Shown: one piece after another, positions 29,174 through 38,211 of the stretch
Position numbering within the stretch: position 1 is the stretch's first letter
Layout of the letters: the number at the start of each line of letters is the position of its first letter
Assembly: GCA_030647775.1 (NCBI GenBank)
Contig: JAUSJC010000010.1
Coordinates: 136,718-200,717, forward strand
Direction of reading: 5' to 3'
Length of the DNA: 64,000 bases
From: Candidatus Curtissbacteria bacterium
GTDB lineage: Bacteria; Patescibacteriota; Microgenomatia; Curtissbacterales; GWA2-41-24
Made by a program: the position numbers and the translations under genes
Notes under the pieces: generated by a model
Database searches by the model: none
What the model saw: the letters and a program-made list of their open reading frames with translations, nothing else
Told to the model about the DNA's origin: nothing

Positions 29174-29267
29174 AAATTTTAAGTTTAAGCCAAGCAAAAA
29201 GGCAAGAATTCATATGAAGATCTTTAAGTTTAAGCCAAGCAAAAAGGCAAGATTTGAATTACTATGA
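29170..29267 (+). repeat. 30-bp perfect tandem direct repeat forming two ATGA-coupled mini-ORFs between secY and adk
   Basis: tttaagtttaagccaagcaaaaaggcaaga occurs at 29178-29207 and 29223-29252. Mini-ORF 29170-29217 encodes [15 protein letters not shown] and mini-ORF 29214-29267 encodes MKIFKFKPSKKARFELL. Each stop overlaps the next ATG. Confidence 0.7.
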
Positions 29268-29812
29268 AAATCTTATTTTTAGGTCCGCAGGGATCAGGAA
29301 AATCAACTCAGGCGAAACTGGTAGCCCAAAAGCTTGACTTGCCGTATATAGAAATGGGACAGCTCTTAAGGGAAAAATCAAACGGTTCTGATACCCAGGC
29401 GGGTGAGATAAGACAAGCGCTGGAGGTTGGCGATTTAGTTCCGGACGCAATTACAATTAAAACTTTACAAGAAAGGCTGGCAAAATCGGATTGCAAAAAT
29501 GGTTTCGTTTTGGATGGTTATCCGAGAAATTATGCCCAAGTTGAGGGTTTACCATCCGGTATCGATAGGGTTTTTTATTTTAAAATTTCTGACGAAGAAG
29601 CAGTCAAAAGATTAATCGACAGGGGAAGGCATGATGATACCCTGGAAGTAATCTCAAGAAGGTTAGAACTATTTCACAGGGAATCAGAACCGCTACTTAC
29701 TTATTTCAGGCAACAAGGAATTATCGCTGAAATAGATGGTAGCCAGAGTATTAACCAAATCCAAGAAGAAATAGCGGGGATAATTCAAAATGAGAATGAT
29801 CAAAACAAATAA
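29264..29812 (+). CDS. adk: Adenylate kinase (short form without a zinc lid)
   Basis: MKILFLGPQGSGKSTQA P-loop; 182 aa. Confidence 0.93.
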   Translation: MKILFLGPQGSGKSTQAKLVAQKLDLPYIEMGQLLREKSNGSDTQAGEIRQALEVGDLVPDAITIKTLQERLAKSDCKNGFVLDGYPRNYAQVEGLPSGIDRVFYFKISDEEAVKRLIDRGRHDDTLEVISRRLELFHRESEPLLTYFRQQGIIAEIDGSQSINQIQEEIAGIIQNENDQNK

Positions 29813-30539
29813 AGAGTTAGGAATCATGAAAGTTTCCGGAAAAATCGCCGCCCTTGCCCTTAAAAAAATCCTGGGAAATGTTAGGCCGGGTGTAAAATGT
29901 GTTGATTTGGATAAAATTGCCCACCGGGAGATTAAGGCCAGTGGAGCGACGTCATCTTTTATGACCGTTGATGATTATAAATGGACGATTTGTACTACCA
30001 TAAACGACCAGGTTGTCCATGGGATACCGGGAGATACAGTTCTTTTGGAGGGCGATATTTTAGGTATTGATATCGGTGCTTTTTACAAAGGTTTTCATAG
30101 TGATCTGGCTATTTCCGTTCCGGTCGGGAAAATATCACAAGACAAACAAAAATTTCTTGAAGTCGGGGAAAACACTTTAAATAAAGCAATCGCAATGGTA
30201 AAACCCGGTGCCAGAATTGGCGATATTTCCCAAACGATTCAACAGGGCATAGAAGAGGCGGGGTATTCCATCGTCAAAAACCTAACAGGTCATGGTGTTG
30301 GCCGTGAGCTTCATGAAGATCCAATGATCCCCGGATTTGGAAAAGCCGGCAAGGGGATGGAGATTGAAGAAGGGATGACTCTGGCAATTGAAGTTATTTA
30401 TGCTCAAGGTTCGGGGAAAGTAAAATTAGAAAATGACAAGTGGACAATTTCAACAGTTGATGGATCACTCGGCGGACTTTTTGAAAAAACAATTGCGGTG
30501 ACAAAAAGCGGCCCTATAGTGTTGACGCCATACATATAA
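29790..30539 (+). CDS. map: Methionine aminopeptidase type I
   Basis: 249 aa. The H, D, D, H, E, E metal-ligand pattern is present (VHGIP, DIGA, HGVG, EPMI). Confidence 0.93.
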   Translation: MRMIKTNKELGIMKVSGKIAALALKKILGNVRPGVKCVDLDKIAHREIKASGATSSFMTVDDYKWTICTTINDQVVHGIPGDTVLLEGDILGIDIGAFYKGFHSDLAISVPVGKISQDKQKFLEVGENTLNKAIAMVKPGARIGDISQTIQQGIEEAGYSIVKNLTGHGVGRELHEDPMIPGFGKAGKGMEIEEGMTLAIEVIYAQGSGKVKLENDKWTISTVDGSLGGLFEKTIAVTKSGPIVLTPYI

Positions 30540-30541
30540 TT

Positions 30542-30811
30542 ATGTACAATAACAGTTCGAACGAAAGTCGAAAATCAAAGCCTGGTGTTATCGAAGTAGA
30601 CGGAGAAGTTCTCGAAGCCTTACCAAACACTTTGTTCAGGGTCAAGGTTGCCGCGGGTCAAATACCCGGTATTGCCGAAGATAAGATACTGCTTTGCCAT
30701 CTTTCGGGAAAGATGAGAATTCATTACGTCAGGATTTTGCCGGGTGACAGAGTCAAAATTGAAATGACGCCATACGATCTTGCCAAAGGCCGGATCACGT
30801 ATAGGTATTAA
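30542..30811 (+). CDS. infA: Translation initiation factor IF-1
   Basis: [12 protein letters not shown]...[33 protein letters not shown], with a short insertion in the loop. Confidence 0.93.
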   Translation: MYNNSSNESRKSKPGVIEVDGEVLEALPNTLFRVKVAAGQIPGIAEDKILLCHLSGKMRIHYVRILPGDRVKIEMTPYDLAKGRITYRY

Positions 30812-30857
30812 GTCAAAATGCAAAAGTTAAAAATCGAAGATATAAAATCCAAAATTG

Positions 30858-30941
30858 TATCGGGCTTTGCTCGTACAATTTTGTCCACTCAGGGAAAGGG
30901 AATATTAAGGGAAAACCGTTAGGTTGTCCCTTAAAGTGAGT
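30858..30941 (+). promoter_or_regulatory. Structured leader upstream of rpmJ
   Basis: cgggctttgctcgtacaattttgtccactcagggaaagggaatattaagggaaaaccgttaggttgtcccttaaagtgagt. The hairpin ttaaggga...tcccttaa has an inner aacc/ggtt pair. A paralogue lies at 31105-31183. Confidence 0.5.
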
Positions 30942-31055
30942 ATGAAAGTTCAGGCAAGCGTTAAAAAAAGATGTGTAAACTGCAAAACCGTTAAAAGAAA
31001 AGGTAGGATTTATGTGATTTGCATTAATCCTCGTCACAAGCAAAGGCAGGGGTAA
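30942..31055 (+). CDS. rpmJ: 50S ribosomal protein L36
   Basis: [37 protein letters not shown], 37 aa, zinc ribbon. Too short for the ORF track. Confidence 0.85.
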   Translation: MKVQASVKKRCVNCKTVKRKGRIYVICINPRHKQRQG

Positions 31056-31104
31056 CAAAAATAATGATCGAAATACAAGAATCAAAACTAAAATTAAATT
31101 TGGA

Positions 31105-31183
31105 TCTGGCTTTGCCAGGACAAATTTTTCCGATGAAAGGAGAGGGAATACTAAGGGAGAACCTTGGTGCTCCCTTAGAGTAA
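31105..31183 (+). promoter_or_regulatory. Structured leader upstream of rpsM
   Basis: ctggctttgccaggacaaatttttccgatgaaaggagagggaatactaagggagaaccttggtgctcccttagagtaagt, with the hairpin ctaaggga...tcccttag. Confidence 0.5.
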
Positions 31184-31588
31184 GTGGCTAGAATAGCAGG
31201 AGTAGATTTACCAAACGAGAAAAGAATAGAAGCAGCCCTCCCATACATTTTTGGGATAGGGCCGACATTGGCAAAAAAAATACTGACCGATGCTGCTATT
31301 GATTCGAATAAAAGAACTAAGAATTTAACAGAAGAGGAACTGAATAAAATCCAAAGGGCTGTAGAAACTTATAAAGTCGAAGGAGACTTAAGACGCGAGA
31401 TTCAAGGTAACGTAAAAAGGCTACAAGAAATTGGAGCTTACCGTGGTACTCGGCATGCCAAAGGATTGCCGGCAAGGGGTCAAAGAACCAGAACCAATGC
31501 AAGGACAAAAAGAGGTAAAAGAGTAACAATTGGTACTGTCAGAAAAGACGTTGTGACAAAAGCTCCAGCGCCCGAGCCCAAAAAGTAA
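31184..31588 (+). CDS. rpsM: 30S ribosomal protein S13
   Basis: GTG start. [10 protein letters not shown]... Confidence 0.93.
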   Translation: MARIAGVDLPNEKRIEAALPYIFGIGPTLAKKILTDAAIDSNKRTKNLTEEELNKIQRAVETYKVEGDLRREIQGNVKRLQEIGAYRGTRHAKGLPARGQRTRTNARTKRGKRVTIGTVRKDVVTKAPAPEPKK

Positions 31589-31595
31589 ATAGAAA

Positions 31596-31994
31596 ATGGA
31601 TAAAAAAATAGTATCTAAAAATAATCGTCAGAAAAAAGAAGCCAAAAAGTTTTCGCACGCAAAAGCTTTTGTGACTGCCACATTTAACAATACTCTTGTT
31701 AATGTGACCGATCCAAACGGAGAGACTCTGGTTTGGGGAACAGCAGGCGCGTCCGGTTTTAAAGGTGCCAGAAAAGCAACTCCATATGCGGCAACTACTG
31801 CTGTTGAAACCGTTGCAAAAAAAATAAAGGAAAAAGGTATTTCAAGTATTGAAATTTACATAAAAGGTCCAGGTCCCGGAAGAGATGCCGCAATCCGAGC
31901 CTTTAAATCTGCCGGTCTTGAAATAACGGCAATTGCCGATGTAACCCCGATTCCGCATAATGGTCCAAGGGCATCAAAAAGGAGGAGAGTCTAA
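31596..31994 (+). CDS. rpsK: 30S ribosomal protein S11
   Basis: 132 aa. ...TFNNTLVNVTDPNGETLVWGTAGASGFKGARKATPYAA. Confidence 0.95.
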   Translation: MDKKIVSKNNRQKKEAKKFSHAKAFVTATFNNTLVNVTDPNGETLVWGTAGASGFKGARKATPYAATTAVETVAKKIKEKGISSIEIYIKGPGPGRDAAIRAFKSAGLEITAIADVTPIPHNGPRASKRRRV

Positions 31995-31995
31995 A

Positions 31996-32604
31996 ATGGC
32001 GCGTTATACTGGTCCAAAGCATAGACAATGCAGGGCAGAAGGTGTAGCTATTTGCGGCCTTCCAAATTGTCCTGTCACCAAAAAAAATGCCGGGCCTCCG
32101 GGTCAACATGGACCAAAGGGTCGAAGAAAACTCTCGGAATACGGAATCCAGCTTAGGGAAAAACAAAAAGTAAAAAGAATGTATGGAACTTTAGAGAAGC
32201 AATTCCGCAAATATTATAAAATTGCAGCCAGAAAAAAAACGGCGACCGGTGAGACCATGCTTTCTCTTTTAGAGACTCGCCTTGACAATGTCGTCTATCG
32301 TCTCGCTCTTGCCAGAACCAGAACCCAAGCCAGACAACTTGTTTCCCATGGGCACGTTTTGGTTAACGGGAAAATGGTTACAATCCCTTCATTTAATGTT
32401 AAAATTGGTGACATCATTTCGTTTTCTGCCAAAGCTGCCAACCTCGATTTCATAAAAAAACTGTCAGAGGAAAATAAAGACGCCAAAATGCCCTCTTGGC
32501 TTGAAAAAAATGCGCTTGTTGGTAAAGTTCGCGACTTTCCCAAAAGAGAAGATATCGATATAGAAATTAATGAAAAGCTAATTGTTGAATATTACTCAAG
32601 ATAA
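31996..32604 (+). CDS. rpsD: 30S ribosomal protein S4 (zinc-binding)
   Basis: Conserved start MARYTGPK at ATG 31996. CRAEGVAICGLPNC motif. Confidence 0.93.
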   Translation: MARYTGPKHRQCRAEGVAICGLPNCPVTKKNAGPPGQHGPKGRRKLSEYGIQLREKQKVKRMYGTLEKQFRKYYKIAARKKTATGETMLSLLETRLDNVVYRLALARTRTQARQLVSHGHVLVNGKMVTIPSFNVKIGDIISFSAKAANLDFIKKLSEENKDAKMPSWLEKNALVGKVRDFPKREDIDIEINEKLIVEYYSR

Positions 32605-32619
32605 AGGAGGTGAAAATAA

Positions 32620-33540
32620 ATGCTTGATTTATCACAGGTTGAAATACAAACAGAAAAAGAGACAGCCGATTTTGGAAAGTTCATCATAGAACCTCTAGAT
32701 CAGGGTTACGGTCACACAATCGGTAATGCTCTCAGGAGGGTGCTTTTAAGCTCTTTACCGGGTGCTGCTATTACTCAGCTAAAAATAGCCGGAGTTAGAC
32801 ATCAATTTTCGGGAGTGGCAGGTATGTCGGAAGATATCGTCGAACTTATTTTAAATCTTAAAAAAGTCAGACTGCAAATTACCGAAGACAAGCCTGTTAA
32901 ATTGAACTTGGAAGTTAAAGGCCCAAAAGTTGTTACAGCAGGAGATATCGAAAAAGCAGCCGGTTGCCAAATTGTTAACCCAAGTCTGGTAATTGCGCAT
33001 CTTGCCGATTCAAAGGCAAAGCTTAGCGCACGATTGGTGGCTGAAGCCGGCAGTGGTTATTCACTTGCTGAAGAAAGGAAAACTGACGAAATTGGAGTAA
33101 TTCCAATTGATGCTAATTTTTCGCCGATAATCCACGCTAATTACAAGGTTGAGGCAACCCGCGTTGGCAGACTTACCAATTACGATAAGTTAACTCTAGA
33201 AATAACAACTGACGGAACGATTAAACCGTCCGATGCCCTGAAATCTGCGGCAAAGATTTTGGTTGATTACTTTACAACCATTCGTGAGCCGCAAGTAGTC
33301 GGGAGAAAAGAAAAAGCGCCAAAAGCCGTCCCGCCTTCTGATGAACTGCTAAAAACTTCTCTTGAAGAGTTAGACCTTCCCGTAAGACTTACAAACAGTC
33401 TTAAAACCGGCAAGATCGAAACGATAGGAGATTTCTTGAACAGAGACAAGAAAGATCTTCTAAAAATGAAGAACATGGGTCCAAAATCGATCACCCAGGT
33501 AGAAGAAAAACTTAGGGAGAGGGGAGTTGAAGTAAAGTGA
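32620..33540 (+). CDS. rpoA: DNA-directed RNA polymerase subunit alpha
   Basis: 306 aa. The N-terminal domain, with the GHTIGNALRRVLLSSLPGAAIT motif, and the C-terminal domain are both present. Confidence 0.95.
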   Translation: MLDLSQVEIQTEKETADFGKFIIEPLDQGYGHTIGNALRRVLLSSLPGAAITQLKIAGVRHQFSGVAGMSEDIVELILNLKKVRLQITEDKPVKLNLEVKGPKVVTAGDIEKAAGCQIVNPSLVIAHLADSKAKLSARLVAEAGSGYSLAEERKTDEIGVIPIDANFSPIIHANYKVEATRVGRLTNYDKLTLEITTDGTIKPSDALKSAAKILVDYFTTIREPQVVGRKEKAPKAVPPSDELLKTSLEELDLPVRLTNSLKTGKIETIGDFLNRDKKDLLKMKNMGPKSITQVEEKLRERGVEVK

Positions 33541-33995
33541 GACATCAGGTTTTCGGAAGAAAGCTCAACCGCGATATAAATTCGCGAAGGGCTCTAGCTT
33601 CCAACCTTGCTAGTTCTCTGCTAGTTGAGGGTCATATTATAACGACTTTGGCAAAGGCAAAATTCGTAAAGGTTTTTGCCGAAAAGTTAATTACTGATGC
33701 TAAAAGAACGAGCCTTCATACAAGAAGGTCTATTGCTTCGCGGCTCACGCACAAAGCATTTATCAGATTAATCACCGAAATTAGTCCAGGATTTGCAGGT
33801 CGCGAAGGGGGGTATACCAGGATTATTAAGTTGTCTACACGTCTTGGGGATTCTGCGCCAATGGCCAGAATCGAAATTTTAGAGTGGGATAAATCGAAAA
33901 GCATCACACTGACAAAAACGGCTAAACCGGCCAAGAAAGCCGCATCAAAGATCAAGCCCGCGCCAAAGAAGATAACAAAAATCGTAAAAAGATGA
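33537..33995 (+). CDS. rplQ: 50S ribosomal protein L17
   Basis: GTG start. RHQVFGRKLNRDINSRRAL... Confidence 0.93.
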   Translation: MRHQVFGRKLNRDINSRRALASNLASSLLVEGHIITTLAKAKFVKVFAEKLITDAKRTSLHTRRSIASRLTHKAFIRLITEISPGFAGREGGYTRIIKLSTRLGDSAPMARIEILEWDKSKSITLTKTAKPAKKAASKIKPAPKKITKIVKR

Positions 33996-34432
33996 AAAAC
34001 CAAAAGTCGAAGACACTGACCAAAGTGGAAGTGCAAAATAATCAGGCTAAGGCTTGGTATCTTTTTGATGCAAAGTCTAAAGTTCTAGGCAGATTGGCAA
34101 GCGAAATCGCTTCAATTTTGAGTGGCAAAAATAAAGTTGACTACGTGCCTTATTTGGATAAAGGGGATTTTGTAGTTGTAATCAACGCCAAAGAGATTAA
34201 AGTTTCCGGTAAAAAAGAAAGCCAGAAATTATATTATCGGCATTCAGGCTACCCCGGTGGTTTAAAAAGTAAAAGCGTCCAAGATACAAGAGAAGAGCAG
34301 CCGGAACAATTAATAAGACATGCGGTAGTAGGCATGTTGCCCAGGAATCGTCTTGCTCGTCAAATGGTAAAGAAGCTTTATGTTTTCTCCGGGAAAGATC
34401 ATCCTTATCAGGATAAATTCTTAAAAAACTAA
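33992..34432 (+). CDS. rplM: 50S ribosomal protein L13
   Basis: 146 aa. ...WYLFDAKSKVLGRLASEIASIL. Confidence 0.95.
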   Translation: MKNQKSKTLTKVEVQNNQAKAWYLFDAKSKVLGRLASEIASILSGKNKVDYVPYLDKGDFVVVINAKEIKVSGKKESQKLYYRHSGYPGGLKSKSVQDTREEQPEQLIRHAVVGMLPRNRLARQMVKKLYVFSGKDHPYQDKFLKN

Positions 34433-34434
34433 TC

Positions 34435-34857
34435 ATGGAAGAACAAAAGACTACCACTGGCAAAACAAGTCAAAATTACGTAAGCGCTCACGGCAGAAGG
34501 AAAGAAGCATCTGCCAGAGTCCGCTTATTTAAAGGCAAAGGAGATAATCTGATAAACAGCAAACCTATGTCTACTTTTTTCCCTTCCGTCGTTTCTCAAA
34601 TCCGGCTTAATAAGGTTTTTGAGTTAACAAGGACTTCAGGCAAGTATTACGCAACAGTTACTGTTAAAGGATCCGGTAAAAACTCACAGCTCGAAGCTGT
34701 TATTCATGGTTTGGCAAGAGCGCTGGCCACAGTCGAAGGACTTAGATCGATTGTTAAAAAAGCAGGAATGCTAACTCGCGACGCGCGGGTTAAAGAACGC
34801 CGCAAATACGGCCTCGCCCAAAAAGCCCGCAAAGGCAAGCAGAGTCCAAAACGCTAG
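34435..34857 (+). CDS. rpsI: 30S ribosomal protein S9
   Basis: 140 aa. C-terminal ...GLAQKARKGKQSPKR. Confidence 0.95.
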   Translation: MEEQKTTTGKTSQNYVSAHGRRKEASARVRLFKGKGDNLINSKPMSTFFPSVVSQIRLNKVFELTRTSGKYYATVTVKGSGKNSQLEAVIHGLARALATVEGLRSIVKKAGMLTRDARVKERRKYGLAQKARKGKQSPKR

Positions 34858-34928
34858 TTTTGCACGATGTCCTGAGTTCATCGAAGGACAATCACCAAAG
34901 CGATAAGTTCCTCTGCTAGTTTCTGAAA

Positions 34929-34957
34929 ATAAGTTCCCACATAGTCAACCAGGCCAG
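34929..34957. repeat. Direct repeat left of the 2H-phosphoesterase cassette
   Basis: ataagttcccacatagtcaaccaggccag resembles 35558-35587 (ataagttcctaaatagtcaaccagtgccag). A partial third copy, ataagttcctc, lies at 34903-34913. Confidence 0.65.
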
Positions 34958-35010
34958 CTTTTTTAGGTATGCGCAGTGTACGATATTGGAACTCTTGATA
35001 TACTTTAGAT

Positions 35011-35547
35011 ATGCAAATAGGTATTGGAATACTTTTGGAAGAAGATGCTTATAATTACGCTCGAGATTTAGAGTTAAAGATATCCAACCAATTCAACACT
35101 AAAGATGGGTTAAGACAACCACCCCATGTAACGATTAAGCCTCCTTTTGAGGTTAGTTCACTCGAACCATTCATTAGTTATTTTGATACATTGGTTAAGT
35201 CTATTAAGCCTTTCGAATTAGAATTGGGCGGTATAGATTCTTTTGCTCCAAGTGTGATTTATATAAAAGTTACAGAAAACCCAGATCTTGAAAACTTGCA
35301 TTTAAAAATACTTGATGAACTGGAAGAACAATTCGACATTAAACCAAATCAATTTGAAGCAAAAGGGTATGCATTTCATTCAACATTAGCGATGGGTGAT
35401 TTGTCCCAAGATAAGTATGCTAAGGCAATGGAATATTTACAAAAGGAGAATAAATCTTTTAAGTTTAAGTTCACCACGATAGGATTGTTTTATCTGTTTG
35501 AAGAAAAAGATTGGATAGTTATTAGGGTTGGAAAAGTTAAAGGTTAA
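35011..35547 (+). CDS. 2H phosphoesterase superfamily protein (LigT / 2'-5' RNA ligase-like)
   Basis: 178 aa with two H-x-T/S-x motifs (HVTIKPP and HSTLA) at the expected spacing. GC is low. Confidence 0.7.
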   Translation: MQIGIGILLEEDAYNYARDLELKISNQFNTKDGLRQPPHVTIKPPFEVSSLEPFISYFDTLVKSIKPFELELGGIDSFAPSVIYIKVTENPDLENLHLKILDELEEQFDIKPNQFEAKGYAFHSTLAMGDLSQDKYAKAMEYLQKENKSFKFKFTTIGLFYLFEEKDWIVIRVGKVKG

Positions 35548-35557
35548 TGTTGGAGTA

Positions 35558-35587
35558 ATAAGTTCCTAAATAGTCAACCAGTGCCAG
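35558..35587. repeat. Direct repeat right of the 2H-phosphoesterase cassette (abuts the tRNA-Pro 3' end)
   Basis: See 34929-34957. Confidence 0.65.
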
Positions 35588-35613
35588 TCCTAATTTAACC
35601 TCAAAGACAGATG

Positions 35614-35684
35614 TCGGGGAGGGGAGAATCGAACTCCCGATACTGCACCCCCAGCGCAGTGTGTTACCACTATACTACTCCCCG
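35614..35684 (-). tRNA. tRNA-Pro (anticodon GGG)
   Basis: The reverse complement folds as a cloverleaf: CGGGGAG acceptor stem pairing with CTCCCCG, D-loop AGTGGTA, anticodon stem CTGCG/TGCAG with loop CTGGGGG, and T-arm GGGAG-TTCGATT-CTCCC. No CCA is encoded. Confidence 0.75.
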
Positions 35685-35788
35685 GTAAATATCCTTAATC
35701 GATAGCAGATCAACAATCGATAGAAAGTATTATATATCGTCTCGATTAATCAACCAATTATTGACGATCAATGTATAATTAATTAGAC

Positions 35789-35810
35789 TACGATAATACG
35801 TATTATCGTA
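35789..35810. promoter_or_regulatory. 22-bp perfect palindrome upstream of the TrpR/YerC-like gene
   Basis: TACGATAATACGTATTATCGTA, 10 nt before the ATG at 35820. It has the same arms as 36260-36283. Confidence 0.55.
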
Positions 35811-35819
35811 TCAAGAAAG

Positions 35820-36254
35820 ATGGCACAAGTTTCTAAATACCCATTAAACAAAGAAACACAAACGAGATTATATAAACTCCTCTGGCAAGCTATTGTTGCC
35901 CTTAAAGAACCTATCGAAACCGAAGAATTTTTTAATGACCTTTTAACTTCAACAGAAAAGATTATGCTCGCCAAAAGATTAGCGATAGCAGTAATGCTAA
36001 TTAGAGGCTATGATTACGAATCCATAAGAGCGCATCTAAGAGTTAGCCCTGGAACAATTAACTCTGTCTCTACATGGTTAAAATATTCTGGAAGCGGTTA
36101 TAAGGCGACTGTTGAAAGACTATTGAAAAAAGAGAAAGTGGATAATGTATTTGCAAGCATCGAAACCGCCCTAAAAGTTATCAAGCCTGAAAAAACAATT
36201 AGCCGTGCTCTTGCTAAAGGTTATCCCGAGCCAAAAAGAAAAGAACCTTTTTAA
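35820..36254 (+). CDS. TrpR/YerC-YecD family helix-turn-helix protein
   Basis: 144 aa. LLTSTEKIMLAKRLAIAVMLIRGYDYESIRAHLRVSPGTINSV matches the TrpR-like YerC family. Confidence 0.65.
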   Translation: MAQVSKYPLNKETQTRLYKLLWQAIVALKEPIETEEFFNDLLTSTEKIMLAKRLAIAVMLIRGYDYESIRAHLRVSPGTINSVSTWLKYSGSGYKATVERLLKKEKVDNVFASIETALKVIKPEKTISRALAKGYPEPKRKEPF

Positions 36255-36259
36255 TAACA

Positions 36260-36283
36260 CTACGATGATACGAATCATCGTAG
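36260..36283. promoter_or_regulatory. 24-bp palindrome in the recA upstream region
   Basis: CTACGATGAT-acga-ATCATCGTAG, a 10-bp perfect stem, 72 nt before the recA ATG. Its half-sites match those of 35789-35810. Confidence 0.55.
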
Positions 36284-36354
36284 TAGAAATTACTGTATTG
36301 TAATTAGTTGTAGTGTGTAGTAAAAATAGCAATTGTTAAGCCCTACTAACCTTC

Positions 36355-37422
36355 ATGAGTTCTGACGCAAAAAAGCAAGCAATACTAACTGCCATTTCCC
36401 AAATCGAAAAAGCCTACGGCAAAGGCTCCATCATGAAAATGGGGGAATCGCTCGGCAAATTTGATGTTGATGTCCTGTCGACCGGTATTGTTCCGGTTGA
36501 TCTGGCACTCGGGGTTGGTGGGCTTCCCCGCGGACGTATTATCGAAATCTTCGGGCCGGAAGCTTCCGGCAAGACTTCGCTATCTCTTTCAATTATTGCC
36601 GAGGCGCAAAAAACCGGCGGTAGCGCTGCCCTAATTGATGCCGAGCATGCCCTGGACCCGGTCTGGGCCGAAAAAGTTGGAGTTAATTTAGAAGATTTGT
36701 TAATCTCTCAACCCGATACCGGTGAACAGGCGCTCGAGATTACCGAGACCTTAATTCGCTCCGGCGCCATCGATGTCATCGTCATCGATTCCGTTGCCGC
36801 CCTCGTGCCCCGTGCCGAAATCGAAGGCGAAATGGGAGATTCAATGATGGGCGTCCAGGCGCGTCTTATGTCCCAAGCCCTTCGAAAATTAACAGGCGCC
36901 ATTTCCAAATCAAAGACCGTTGCCATATTCACAAACCAGCTCAGGGAAAAAATCGGTGTCATGTTTGGTAACCCGGAAGTTACCCCCGGCGGCCGTGCCC
37001 TTAAATTCTACTCATCAGTCCGCTTAGATATTAGAAAAATTGACAATATTAAAGAAGGCGACAAAGTTACCGGGAGTCGCCATCGGGTAAAAGTTGTTAA
37101 AAACAAAGTCGCTCCGCCATTTAGGATTGCCGAGTTTGATATTATGAACGAAGAAGGTATTTCCAGAGAAGGCGGCCTTTTGGACGTTGGAGTGGAACTT
37201 GGGATTATCGGCAAATCCGGCGCCTTTTACCGTTGGGGGACAAAATTGATCGGACAAGGCAAAGAAAGCGCCAAAGAATATCTTAAAGAACATAAAAAAG
37301 AAGCAGCTGCACTGGAAAAAGAAATTTGGGTGAAAGCCAAAAAAGGCTTAAGCGCAAAACCTGTTAAAGTAGTTACAGACGATGAAGACGAAGAAGAAAT
37401 ACTAGAAGCAGCTGCAGTTTAA
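36355..37422 (+). CDS. recA: Recombinase RecA
   Basis: 355 aa. GPEASGKTS Walker [13 protein letters not shown] and the L2 loop. Confidence 0.97.
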   Translation: MSSDAKKQAILTAISQIEKAYGKGSIMKMGESLGKFDVDVLSTGIVPVDLALGVGGLPRGRIIEIFGPEASGKTSLSLSIIAEAQKTGGSAALIDAEHALDPVWAEKVGVNLEDLLISQPDTGEQALEITETLIRSGAIDVIVIDSVAALVPRAEIEGEMGDSMMGVQARLMSQALRKLTGAISKSKTVAIFTNQLREKIGVMFGNPEVTPGGRALKFYSSVRLDIRKIDNIKEGDKVTGSRHRVKVVKNKVAPPFRIAEFDIMNEEGISREGGLLDVGVELGIIGKSGAFYRWGTKLIGQGKESAKEYLKEHKKEAAALEKEIWVKAKKGLSAKPVKVVTDDEDEEEILEAAAV

Positions 37423-37424
37423 AC

Positions 37425-38081
37425 GTGCCGCAAGTTACTGCTATCTCTCCCCAAAAGAAAAAATCCGGCCGGTTTAATTTATTCCTAGACGGAAAATTCG
37501 CTTTAGGAATTGAAGGCGAGACGCTTCTCGCCTCGGGTTTAAAAATCGGCAGAGTCTTAAGCGGGGAAGAAATTTCCAAAATTATCAAAAAAGAGCAAGG
37601 CACAAAACTTCTGGATCTGGCCACGAATTTTTTATCTTTTAGGCCCAGAAGCGAAAAAGAGGTCAGGGATTATTTAATTAAAAAAATATCGACCCGCGAG
37701 AACATCAAATTTTCCGAAGCCCGGGAAAGCCCGCTCATAGATCAGGTTATTGAAAAGCTCGCACGGTATAAATACCTGAATGATTTGGAATTTGCCAAGT
37801 GGTTCATGGCGTCGAGAACATCTTCTCACCCAAAGGGCTTGGCGCTTATAAAATTAGAGCTCAAAAGAAAAGGTATAACCCAGGAGATTATCGATAAAGT
37901 CTCCGCTTCTTCTTCAAATGAACGAGACTTAGCCAGAAGAGCAGTCGAAAAAAAGGTCAAAAGATGGCAAAACCTTCCGGTCTTGGAATTTAAAAAGAAG
38001 TTTTATCAATACCTGGCCAGTCGCGGTTTTGACTTTGATACTATCCGGGAAACATTTGCCTTTTTTACTAAAAAGAGCTAA
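37425..38081 (+). CDS. recX: Recombination regulator RecX
   Basis: 218 aa helical-repeat protein immediately after recA, GTG start. RecX-like LxxRxxSExEV repeats. Confidence 0.85.
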   Translation: MPQVTAISPQKKKSGRFNLFLDGKFALGIEGETLLASGLKIGRVLSGEEISKIIKKEQGTKLLDLATNFLSFRPRSEKEVRDYLIKKISTRENIKFSEARESPLIDQVIEKLARYKYLNDLEFAKWFMASRTSSHPKGLALIKLELKRKGITQEIIDKVSASSSNERDLARRAVEKKVKRWQNLPVLEFKKKFYQYLASRGFDFDTIRETFAFFTKKS

Positions 38082-38166
38082 AATCAGAAAACCTGATGAT
38101 AACAGTAAGAAGGTAAATAAAGATTTAAGTGAAATATTTTCTTATAACTTTCTTCGAAAAAAACCT

Positions 38167-38187
38167 TAACCGCTAAGCGGTTTTTCT
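38167..38187 (+). terminator. Terminator hairpin after recX
   Basis: aaccgc-taa-gcggtt followed by tttctt. Confidence 0.5.
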
Positions 38188-38211
38188 TCCTGTTCCATTC
38201 TCAGGGTCAAT

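Noticed and set aside
35761-35779. TTGACG and TATAAT upstream of the TrpR-like gene as a sigma70 promoter.
   Set aside because: The spacer is only 7 nt, so the two hexamers cannot function together as drawn. A real promoter may use a different -35.
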